Source of the DNA: Dehalococcoidia bacterium
GTDB taxonomy: Bacteria; Chloroflexota; Dehalococcoidia; Lucifugimonadales; G963668185
Reading direction: 5' to 3'
NCBI GenBank assembly: GCA_963668185.1
Contig: OY764162.1
Coordinates: forward strand, 678,915 to 742,914
Length of the DNA stretch: 64,000 nt
A program made the position numbers and the translations under genes. Positions 48,045 through 57,296 of the stretch are shown piece by piece. The notes below the pieces were generated by a model. The model made no database searches, was not told where the DNA came from, and worked only from the letters and a program-made list of their open reading frames with translations. Position 1 is the stretch's first letter; each line of letters opens with the position of its first letter.

Positions 48045-48800
48045 ATGAACGACCATGAGCGCTACCTGTTCGACCTCAACGGCTATCTCGTCGTGCCCAA
48101 CGCGCTGACCGCGGACCAGGCCGCGCGGCTCAACAGCGTCCTTGATGAGCACATCGCCGCCGAGTGCCCGCCGGACATGCGCACGCACAGGTTCGTGCCC
48201 CTGCTCGAATGGTCTCAGGACTACCGCGACCTCATAGACAACCCATCCGTGAAGGGCCACCTGGTTGAGCTTCTGGGCGAACAGTTCCGGCTCGACCACG
48301 TCTATCTGGACGTCATCAGGTCGGGCAAAGGCCCGATCGGGACCAGCCTTCACGGCGGCGCAGTCCCCTACAACCCCACGCACTACTACCACTTCCAGGA
48401 CGGGATGATGCACAACGGCCTTTCCGTGGTCGCCTACAACCTCAAGGACGTGGGCCCGATGGACGGCGGCTTCGGATGCGTGCCCGGCTCGCACAAGAGC
48501 AACTACAAGTTCCCGGACGAATGGAGGGAGATGGAAGAGCCGGGCCCGTTCGTGGAGCGCGTCACCGGCCCGGCGGGCACCGCCATCCTGTTCACCGAGG
48601 CGCTCACCCACGGCACCCTGCCCTGGAAGGGCGCCGACGAGCGCCGCACCATCTTCTTCAAGTACAGCCCGAACCCGCTCTCATGGTCGGCTACCTTCCT
48701 CGACCCCAACGACTACGAAGACCTCACGGACGCCCAACGCGCCATCCTCGAAGGCCCCAACGCCCGCTACCGATACAGGTACCAGCCCGATTCCACGTAG
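48045..48800 (+). CDS. PhyH-family Fe(II)/2-oxoglutarate enzyme (HxG variant)
   Basis: YLFDLNGYLVV, LHGG, DGGFGCVPGSHK, EALTHG, RRT. Confidence 0.88.
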   Translation: MNDHERYLFDLNGYLVVPNALTADQAARLNSVLDEHIAAECPPDMRTHRFVPLLEWSQDYRDLIDNPSVKGHLVELLGEQFRLDHVYLDVIRSGKGPIGTSLHGGAVPYNPTHYYHFQDGMMHNGLSVVAYNLKDVGPMDGGFGCVPGSHKSNYKFPDEWREMEEPGPFVERVTGPAGTAILFTEALTHGTLPWKGADERRTIFFKYSPNPLSWSATFLDPNDYEDLTDAQRAILEGPNARYRYRYQPDST

Positions 48801-48930
48801 GGCCGGTGTGCGGGCGGCGGCCGCCCTCCCTGTCGTTCCGAGTCTCCCGAGGAACCTCTAACGAGGTCACTGCAAACGACCTACTCCGTAACTCGCGCCA
48901 GCAAGGCCGCTCAACGCCGTCTTGAGGAAG

Positions 48931-49071
48931 TTAAGAAGAGGGCTTAGGCGGAGGGCCGGGAGGCTTACCTGTACTTTTCTCGGGCAGTGGCGGCCTGGTT
49001 CTCGGGCCTGTACCTGTCTTCACGGCTGTTCCTGGCCGAGGTTTACTCGATGCATTGTCATTGCGTGCCAT
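48931..49071 (-). CDS. 46-aa Pro/Lys/Gly-rich small protein
   Basis: GGAGG 7 nt before ATG 49071; MARNDNASSKPRPGTAVKTGTGPRTRPPLPEKSTGKPPGPPPKPSS*. Confidence 0.45.
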   Translation of the reverse strand: MARNDNASSKPRPGTAVKTGTGPRTRPPLPEKSTGKPPGPPPKPSS

Positions 49072-49103
49072 TGTCCAGCCTCCAATTGAGGGAGTGACTA
49101 CTC

Positions 49104-49649
49104 CTAGTGATGATTAACAATATCATAAATGGACGTTGCAGACCATCCTTCCGCAGATCTGGAGTCTTTTCGGTAACTCGGATTACGGAAAAAACTGTAT
49201 ACGAGTACCGACTCAACACTGGACGTCACTATGAACTCGGCAATTTCATGATGAGTCTCACCCGGCTCCACTATCATCTCATCTTGACTCCAAGCGCGTT
49301 CAATTCTGTTGAGTATCTTCCACTGTAAGTCTTTCTGTTCTTGATTATCGAAAACCTGCGTGTAGATCCGTTCAACCTCGGAGTCTGATACTGGCGAAAC
49401 CTGCTGTATTGAGAACTCTCCCTCGTTTAATGCAATGCTAACTCTGGAAGTGTTACTCAAAGCTACGTCAACTGCAATATGTACATACTGGGAGCCAACA
49501 GGTCTGTGAGAGATGCTGTGTGTTACCGTCAAATGAGGCTCAAAGGGCCGAAACACCTGAAACCTGCGTAGCGCAAAGTATCCGCCAACAATTATCGCTG
49601 CTGTAGTGGCAACAGCTTGTACTGTCTGCGCTATGTTGATTACTTCCAC
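49104..49649 (-). CDS. Hypothetical protein, N-terminal TM + beta-rich domain, AT-rich
   Basis: 181-aa ORF in a visibly lower-GC segment. Confidence 0.65.
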   Translation of the reverse strand: MEVINIAQTVQAVATTAAIIVGGYFALRRFQVFRPFEPHLTVTHSISHRPVGSQYVHIAVDVALSNTSRVSIALNEGEFSIQQVSPVSDSEVERIYTQVFDNQEQKDLQWKILNRIERAWSQDEMIVEPGETHHEIAEFIVTSSVESVLVYSFFRNPSYRKDSRSAEGWSATSIYDIVNHH

Positions 49650-49751
49650 GGCTCTTCAGTCAACGGCTGATTGAACGATACACTTTCTAGGATTGTAGCT
49701 CATTGCGTCTGTCAGCATGCCGCATAGTACAGTGAGACCAGCCCACACCCC

Positions 49752-52700
49752 CTACCCCACCGGCCACCCGCCGTGCGCCGTGATTGCCTCGTCGATGCGC
49801 GCCATCAGACGCGGCGTCTCCGCCAGTGCCGCGCACACCCGCTGGTAGTGCGCTATGTCGTCGTAAGTTAGGGTGCGCCGCCTGCGGTCTTTGAGCCACT
49901 TCTCTGCCGAACGGTAGCCCCCGATCGTGAACCCCCACGTCTCCGGCGACACCCCCTCGAAGTACTGGCCCCCGTTGATGTACACCCGCCCGCCATTCGC
50001 TTCCGTCGGAGGGGCGTACCGCACCTTGTCCACGCGGTTGTCCCCCGCCTCCGGGAACGACGGCCTCTCCTCGCCCTCCGCCTCCATCAGGTGCAGCGAC
50101 GCCAGCCGCCCGCCAATCCCCACGAGCGCCGCGAACAGTTCGCGACTGCCCGTCAACGGAACCCTCGGAAAGTCCGACTTCAGAAAGTCCGCGTACCGTC
50201 GCCGGTACTCCGGGCTGTGCAGCACCGCGTAGATGTAATGGAAGACGTCTTCCGGCCCGAAAGTAGTCTGAAGGTCGCCGGGCCCGTCCGCCGTGAAGCT
50301 GAGGCCGAGCTTGGATCCCAGAGCCTGCACGAACCCATCGCTGAGGTTTGGATTGCGTTCGGATACAAATTGGCTCTGGCTTGGCGCAGAGTGTATGTAC
50401 AGTGGAAACAGGCAATTCCCGCCGCGTCTGAACAGGTTGAAGTCTGAGGTAGCCTTAGCAATGAAGCATACGTCCCACGACTCCGATCCAATCACTTGAC
50501 CGGCCCGGCCTATGCACAGTCCCACGTTCGGCCCGGCCAGCATGTGGCGCATCACTCCCGGACGCGGCATACAAATGAATCCGCGCGTCTGACCGGTGTA
50601 ATACGTCCACCGCCTGTCGAACGGCCTGTACAGGATTGGTTTTACGTACTCGTCGGCTTCCGGGTGTGAGTTGATGTCTCCTTGTGCCCAGCTAACTTTC
50701 CAGTCTCTGGCATCCCTTCCCAGATTGAACCGCTCTCGCGCTTTCTCTTCCGAAAGCTCCGCGAACTCGGCGGCCACCTGCTTCATCTGTTCCCGTGACC
50801 ACTGCACCGCGAGCTTGTCCCTGGCCGTCACGATTCCAACGGAGTTGTTGGGAAACACCTCTGGGATCGCCCATCCCGCCTCATACTCTTCGGCCAGCGC
50901 CTCGTCCCTCGGAACGAACAGGTAGAGTGGCTCCTTGGGCGAAAGCTCGACCCATGGGGTTGAATCTACGTCGTTCGACACGAGCCAGTTGTACTTGCCG
51001 CCATTCGGCTCTCCTTCCCTTTCTCCCCATATGCTCGCATAGAACATATGTGGGAGGGGGGGGGGGTGAACCAGACCGCCAGTCTGCCCGCTTGACGAAC
51101 AGCCCGATCGCCACGCCCTGCTGGATGTCGAACACGTTCTCATCCGCGCCCCCTTCCGGCGTCCGCTCCTTCTTCCTCGCGTTCCCGTGTAGGTCCAGCA
51201 GGTATATCTCGTCGAATGCCTCCATCAGGCTCTGCCGCATCCCACGGAACGTGGGGTTGTCCAGGTAGCTGTGGTTCGTGACGAAGCCCAGCACACCCTC
51301 GCCCGTCTGCTCGATTTTCCACTGCGCGAACCGGATGAACTTCACGTAGTCGTCGTTCAGCCACTTTGGATTGCGCTCCCCCAGCGGCGCCCCATCGACC
51401 TCGAAGTAGTTGGCTGTGCTCTTCTCACCGTCCCTGCCGCGCATCAGGCCCGTTATCCAGTCGCCCGCGTTCGCGGAGTGCCCGGAGTAAGGCGGATTCC
51501 CAAGCACCACCATCACCGGCTTCTCGCGCTTCACTTCGTCGGCGCTTCGGGACTCGCGGGCGATCTCGTGGGCGAACAGCGGCCCCGTGGCCGACTCGTG
51601 CGCTTCTTCGAGCGCGTTCGTAAGGAACACGTTCAGCCGCCGGCCCTCCGGCATCGCGAACCCGGACTCCGGCCCCGCGATCTCCAGCGCAAGCTTCAGG
51701 TGGCATATCGCGTACGGCGCCATCAGCAGCTCGAACCCGAACAACCTCGGCAGAAGGTGTTCTTGTACGTACTCCGGCCATGCGCCCGCCAGCCCCTTCC
51801 CGTGCACCGTCTCCCTGATGTTCGCCGCCACCTCTCTCAGGAAAGTGCCCGTGCCCGTAGCCGGGTCCAGAATCAGCACGCGCGGGGTGGCTGCTTGACC
51901 ATCCGCGGACTCAATGACCTCGGTATCGGCAAGGCCGTCCGTCAGCCCGAACTTGCCTCGCAGTATCCGATCTACACTGCGCACGATGTAAGAAACGACC
52001 GGTTCCGGTGTGTAATAGACTCCTCGCATCTCCCGAAGTTCATAGTCGTAAGCTGTCAAGAAATCCTCGTAGAAGTGGACTACCGGGTCCCGGCCGACCG
52101 TCGAGCTGCCAAAGTTCTCGAGTATCGCCTCCATGTCGGCGCGGTCGAGCAGCCGCGCGAGGTCGTCCACGACCCACGCGGTGCGCGGGTCGATCCCCGG
52201 CCCGGCGATCTGCCCGAACACCGCCTGCAAAAACGGCGTCGTCTCCGCAAACACCGCCGACTGCCGCGTGAACGGCCCACTGCCGGAGAGGTCATGGCGG
52301 CACCGCGCCGCGAACAGTCCGTACGCCGCCGTCTGCGCCTGCAGGTCCGCGAACTCCAGGTAGTTGAGATCGCCGATCAGCACCTCGCGGTAAGCGTCCA
52401 GCAAATCGCCGAGCGGCCCGGAGAAGCCCTCGCTGGCGAAGATGCTTACCACGCCGTTACGCAGCAGCCTCGCCTTGCCCGCCATCCGCCTTGCAAGATC
52501 GCGGGAGTTGTCGACCACCGGCGCGTCGGCATCGAAGAACGCGGCCAGCAGGTCCGCGACTTCACCCGCGCCCGCGCCGTCGTACCTCAAGCCGCCCTGC
52601 CCGTCCGAGCGTCCCGCCCGCGCCGCGTCGCCGCGCAACTCGCCGTCCACGTACCAGCGAAACTCCACGTAGTCGGTCAGCACCAGGTTCGGCAGCCCAT

Positions 52701-52992
52701 CGCGGTAGCGCCTGAGTTGCTCGCTGCCCTCGACGCTGTCCAGGTCCGCGCCGACGTCCTTGCACTCGACGTGCCCTATCGGCACGCCGTCGCGCTCCAC
52801 GATGAAGTCCGGCGCGCCGCACGCCACCTGCGAAGGCTCGTTCAGCGCCGTCACCCCGTCGCCGCCCAGCGCCTCCAGCAGCGTCTTGAGAAACGGGCGG
52901 TAGCTGTGCTCCGTCGCCTGCCCGGTAGCCCGCGTCCCCGACACCTCCCTCACGTACGCCCGCAGCGCCGCGCTCTGTCCCTGATTGGTCAA
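49752..52992 (-). pseudogene. Type IIG/ISP-like single-chain restriction-modification enzyme, frameshifted in a C11 tract
   Basis: N-part (50881-52992 frame): GAPDF...VECK nuclease, GVYYTP, LDPATGTG, GNPPY. C-part (49752-51143 frame): GIVTARD, YRPFD, YIYAVLHSP, DFPRVP, IGGY target-recognition region. Removing one C joins them into about 1079 aa. Confidence 0.85.
51056..51066. repeat. G11/C11 homopolymer at the R-M frameshift
   Basis: Read directly from the sequence: ...TGGGA GGGGGGGGGGG TGAA... Confidence 0.9.
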
Positions 52993-53090
52993 TTCACACT
53001 GTCCTTAAGCATTGTCATTCGCCCAATTCTAACCCTGACCGGCTATAGCGCCGACCTCGGCCGCTGGTGAGGCCGTTCGGCGGGAGATCT

Positions 53091-53126
53091 GTCTCATTTT
53101 GTCTCATATCGTCTCATGCAGTCATA
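53091..53126. repeat. 10-bp-period direct repeat GTCTCATNNN x3 plus a partial copy
   Basis: gtctcatttt gtctcatatc gtctcatgca gtcata. Confidence 0.7.
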
Positions 53127-53196
53127 ATAGCACCGTTGTTCGCAGAAGGGAAGGGATCGTTCAGGCTGGTCCCGCCTCGGTTACAATGGCAACCCT

Positions 53197-54846
53197 ATGA
53201 ACGCCGTTCCTAAAGCGAACATCTTCCTGACCGGCTTCTCCGGCTCCGGCAAGTCCGCGGCCGGAAGCGCCGTCGCCCGGCGGCTCGGCTGGACCTTCGT
53301 GGACATCGACGCCGAGATCGTCCGGTCGCAGGGCATGTCCATTGCGGACCTGTTCAGCCGGCACGGAGAGGCCCGATTCCGCGAGCTCGAACGCGAGGCG
53401 CTGGCCGCCGTCTGCGAGAACGACCGGCAGGTCGTCTCCACCGGCGGCGGCGTGGCCGCGGACGCGCGCAACCGCGATCTGATGCGAGCCTCGGGCCTGG
53501 TCGTGTGCCTGGAGGTCGCGCCCGAAACGCTCCACCAGCGCCTCATCGACCAGGCAGCGGGCACTGGCGAGGCCGAGGTCAGGCCGATGCTGGCCGGGGC
53601 CGATCCGCTCGCCCGCATCCGTGACCTCAAGGCCCAGCGCCAGCCCGCCTACGCAATGGCGGACTGGATAGTCCAGACGGACCGGCTCGACATCCCGGAC
53701 GTAGCGGAAGAGGTGGTCCGGTTCTGGGAGCGGGCGGTCGCCGCGCCCTCCAGGTTTCCCGACGCCTCCTCGGTCGTAAGGGTCGCTTCCGGCGACTACC
53801 CCGTCTGGGTGGGATGGGGCAACATCGCCGGCCTCGGAGAGCGGGCCGCCGAACTCGTGTCCCCTTCCGCGGCGTACGTCATCACGGACGGGGGCGCATT
53901 CACGCACGGGCGTGCCGCGCAGGCGTCGCTCGAAGCCGCGGGCGTCCCCGCTCACCTGCTACAGCTTCCCCAGGGCGAGTCCTCGAAGGCGCTCGGCACC
54001 GTCAGCGTCATCTACAACTGGCTGGCCGGCCTCCGCGCCACTCGCGGCGACCTCGTGCTGGCCGTTGGCGGCGGCGTGGTGGGCGACGTGGCCGGGTTCG
54101 CCGCCGCGACTTACCTGCGGGGAATGCCGTTCGCGCAGGTGCCCACCAGCATGCTCGCCATGATGGACTCCTCCATCGGGGGAAAGACAGGGGTGGACCT
54201 TCCCGAGGGCAAGAACCTCGTCGGCGCATTCCACCAGCCGAGGTTCGTTCTCGCCGACGTGGGGACGCTGGGCACCCTGCCCCACCGCGAGCTGGTCTCC
54301 GGCTGGGCCGAGGCCATCAAGCACGGCCTGATCCTCGACGAGCCACTCCTTTCGACCTTCGAAGAGCGCGCCGGCGAGATCATGGCCCTCGACCGCGACA
54401 CCGCGACCGACGCCATACGACGAAGCATCGCCGTCAAGGCGGACGTCGTGTCGCGCGACGAGAAGGAAACGCTCGGCATCCGGACGCTGCTCAACTACGG
54501 CCATACCATAGGACATGCGCTCGAAGCCGCCACCGGATACACAAGGTTCCTGCACGGCGAGGCCGTGAGCATCGGCATGATGGGCGCCGCCGACATCGGC
54601 ATGAACATGGGACTGCTATCCGGCGAAGCCGTCGATCGCCAGCGCCGCATCCTCCAGGACTTCGGCCTTCCCCTGTCCTGCGGCCCGATCGACGTCGAAG
54701 CGCTCCACAACGCCATGCGCATGGATAAGAAGACGGAGGGCAGTTCGATCCGCTGGGTGCTGCTCGACGGCATCGGCAACGCCGTCACCCGCAACGACGT
54801 ACCCGACGAAATCGTCCGTAACGCCGTCTCCCGCCTCCTTGCCTAA
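53197..54846 (+). CDS. aroB: Shikimate kinase / 3-dehydroquinate synthase fusion (AroK-AroB)
   Basis: GFSGSGKS, GEARFRELE, STGGG, RPML; then GGGVVGDVAGF, DSSIGGKTG, KNLVGAF, LNYGHTIGHALE, HGEAV. Confidence 0.95.
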   Translation: MNAVPKANIFLTGFSGSGKSAAGSAVARRLGWTFVDIDAEIVRSQGMSIADLFSRHGEARFRELEREALAAVCENDRQVVSTGGGVAADARNRDLMRASGLVVCLEVAPETLHQRLIDQAAGTGEAEVRPMLAGADPLARIRDLKAQRQPAYAMADWIVQTDRLDIPDVAEEVVRFWERAVAAPSRFPDASSVVRVASGDYPVWVGWGNIAGLGERAAELVSPSAAYVITDGGAFTHGRAAQASLEAAGVPAHLLQLPQGESSKALGTVSVIYNWLAGLRATRGDLVLAVGGGVVGDVAGFAAATYLRGMPFAQVPTSMLAMMDSSIGGKTGVDLPEGKNLVGAFHQPRFVLADVGTLGTLPHRELVSGWAEAIKHGLILDEPLLSTFEERAGEIMALDRDTATDAIRRSIAVKADVVSRDEKETLGIRTLLNYGHTIGHALEAATGYTRFLHGEAVSIGMMGAADIGMNMGLLSGEAVDRQRRILQDFGLPLSCGPIDVEALHNAMRMDKKTEGSSIRWVLLDGIGNAVTRNDVPDEIVRNAVSRLLA

Positions 54847-54984
54847 CCGCAGCAAGACGGCCCTGAAAACAGGGGCTGTTCATTTCCCGCTCACCCTGAG
54901 CTTGTCGAAGAACATGGAAAAGTGTCTTTCTCTGACCCCTTCCCCAGTCTGCTGGGGAAGGTTGGGATGGGGTTCGGCGACCCC

Positions 54985-55812
54985 ATGACATGGCTCTGGT
55001 TCGTCCTGCTCGGCCTCGGAGCGGGGTCTTACGGGGTGATCGTCGGCGCAGGAGGCGGCTTCATCATCGTCCCGATCCTCATCACCTTCTTCGAGTACGA
55101 TTCGAAGATCGCCGCCGGCACCTCCCTGGCGCTGGTGGCCGTCAACGGCATTTCAGGTTCCATCGTCTACCTCAGGTCCGGCCTGGTGGACCGCCGCAGC
55201 GCGCTCTTGTTCGCCGCCGCCGCCCTGCCCGGCTCGGCGCTCGCGCCGTTTGCCCTGAAGCGCGTTCCGGGCGAAGGCTTCATGCTGGCGTTCGGTATTC
55301 TCCTGCTGGGCCTCGCACTGCACACCATCCTCCGGCGCTCGGACGTCGAAGCGCCTGCCGAGTCCTCTCCGGCGTCCGGCCCGGCCTGGCTGCTCTTTGC
55401 CGGGAGGCGCATCCGGGCCGACGACGGCACGGAGTACCGGTACCGCTTCAGCGAGACGCTGGCCGCGCTCGTCAACATCGTGCTGGGCTTCATCTCCAGC
55501 TTCTTCGGAGTGGGCGCCGGCTTCCTCCGAACGCCGCTGCTGATCGCCTTCTTCCGCTTTCCGGCCAAGATCGCCGCCGCGACGTCGATATGCGCCCTCG
55601 CGGTCTATTCGACCGCCGGCACAGGGGCGCACGCCTCGCTGTCGCACGTCGAGTGGTACCCTGCGTTCGTGGGCATCGGAGCCGGAATGATCGCTGGAGG
55701 GCAGCTTGGAGCGCGGATCGGCACACGCCTGAAAGGCCCCTGGATCGTGCGCCTGCTGGTGCTCCTTCTGGCCGCGCTGGGCGTGAGGCTGATCGTGGAG
55801 GCGCTGCTTTGA
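54985..55812 (+). CDS. Sulfite exporter TauE/SafE family protein
   Basis: GAGGGFIIVP, AAGTSL, FFGVGAG, AAATS, GGQLGA. Confidence 0.9.
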   Translation: MTWLWFVLLGLGAGSYGVIVGAGGGFIIVPILITFFEYDSKIAAGTSLALVAVNGISGSIVYLRSGLVDRRSALLFAAAALPGSALAPFALKRVPGEGFMLAFGILLLGLALHTILRRSDVEAPAESSPASGPAWLLFAGRRIRADDGTEYRYRFSETLAALVNIVLGFISSFFGVGAGFLRTPLLIAFFRFPAKIAAATSICALAVYSTAGTGAHASLSHVEWYPAFVGIGAGMIAGGQLGARIGTRLKGPWIVRLLVLLLAALGVRLIVEALL

Positions 55813-56981
55813 GCCGGGACCGCTTCGAACTTCGGGCAACCGACGGCAAGGCCAGGGCCGGCGGCGTCCACACGCCGCACGGCTCGTTCCCTACTCCAGC
55901 CTTCATGCCAGTGGCCACCCAGGGCTCCGTCAAGGCGGTGGACTCAACGGACCTGGAGGCGTTGGGCGCAAGGATCGTACTTTCGAACGCCTATCACCTG
56001 TACCTGCGCCCCGGCGTTGAGTTGATCGAGGAGATGGGCGGCCTTCACTCCTTCATGGCCTGGGACGGCCCTGTTCTCACGGACAGCGGCGGCTTCCAGG
56101 GCTTCAGCCTCGAGAGGCTTCGCAGAATCTCCGAGGAGGGCATCGCCTTCAAGTCGCACTTGGACGGCAGCAGCCATCTCTTCACTCCTGAGAACTCCGT
56201 CCAGTTCCAGGAGAGGCTTGGAGCCGACATCATCATGCCGCTCGACGTGTGCGTGCCCGCCGACAGCGACCGGGAGACCGTGGAGTCAGCCCTCGCCAGG
56301 ACGACGCGCTGGGCCGCCAGGCGCCTGGACGCGCACTCTGAAAGCAGGCGGCAACTCTTCGGCATAGTGCAGGGAGGGTTGTTTGAAGACCTCAGGGAAC
56401 GGTCGGTCCGGGATCTCGTCGCGCTGGACTTCCCAGGGTACGCCATCGGCGGCCTCAGCGTCGGCGAGAGCAAAGCACAGATGTACCACATGACCGCTTA
56501 CACCGCGGGCTTGCTTCCCGAGGACAAGCCAAGGTATCTAATGGGCGTCGGCTCGCCTGAGGATCTCGTCGAGTGCGTGGCCGCGGGCGTGGATATGTTC
56601 GACTGCGTGCTGCCGACTCGCGTCGCCAGGAACGGCGCGCTGTTCACTCCCGACGGGCGCGTGAACGTGCTGGGAGCCGGATTCAGGAAGCTGGAGCGGC
56701 CTCTGCAACCCGGCTGCGACTGCTTTGCCTGCCGGAACTACTCAGCCGCGTACCTGCATCACCTGTTCAGGGCGAAGGAACTGCTGGCCTACCGGCTGGC
56801 CTCAATCCACAACCTGCGCTTCGTGATACGGCTGACCGAGGAGATGCGCGCCGCCGTACTGCGCGGCGAGTTCGCGGAGTACCGCCGCGATTTCCTCCGC
56901 AGATTCATGCCCACCGACGAGGCCGTCCGGGTGGAGCAGAAGCGCAAGTGGGCGCAGTCCACAGGTCGCCGGGTTCCCTAG
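55809..56981 (+). CDS. tgt: tRNA-guanine transglycosylase
   Basis: TPAFMPVAT, NAYHL, LTDSGGFQ, GIVQGG, YLMGVG, DCVLPTR, CDCFAC...H; TTG 55809 overlaps the tauE stop. Confidence 0.96.
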   Translation: MSRDRFELRATDGKARAGGVHTPHGSFPTPAFMPVATQGSVKAVDSTDLEALGARIVLSNAYHLYLRPGVELIEEMGGLHSFMAWDGPVLTDSGGFQGFSLERLRRISEEGIAFKSHLDGSSHLFTPENSVQFQERLGADIIMPLDVCVPADSDRETVESALARTTRWAARRLDAHSESRRQLFGIVQGGLFEDLRERSVRDLVALDFPGYAIGGLSVGESKAQMYHMTAYTAGLLPEDKPRYLMGVGSPEDLVECVAAGVDMFDCVLPTRVARNGALFTPDGRVNVLGAGFRKLERPLQPGCDCFACRNYSAAYLHHLFRAKELLAYRLASIHNLRFVIRLTEEMRAAVLRGEFAEYRRDFLRRFMPTDEAVRVEQKRKWAQSTGRRVP

Positions 56982-57253
56982 CCTCCCGCTACGGCAGGGA
57001 CGATGCTTATCTCGTCTCCGTCATTGGTGGCCGTGTCGAGACCGCTGAGAAAGCGCACGTCTTCGCCGTTGACATAGACGTTAACGAACGAGCGGATCGC
57101 GCCCTGCTCGTCGCACAGGCGCTGCTTGATTCCGGGGTACTCCGAGTCCAGCGAGGCGATGACTTCTGAGATGTTGGAGCCTGCCACGTTGACTTGGTCC
57201 GCTCCACCCGTCATGCGTCGTAGGGGTGTTGGTATGCGTACGTTAACGCTCAT
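56978..57253 (-). CDS. MoaD/ThiS/CysO-like ubiquitin-fold sulfur carrier
   Basis: VRIPTPLR, FVNVYVNGEDVRF, C-terminal PAVAGG. Confidence 0.92.
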   Translation of the reverse strand: MSVNVRIPTPLRRMTGGADQVNVAGSNISEVIASLDSEYPGIKQRLCDEQGAIRSFVNVYVNGEDVRFLSGLDTATNDGDEISIVPAVAGG

Positions 57254-57296
57254 CTGGAAATCGTCCTCCTCGCGTGGGTACGAGATTTGCGGCCCG

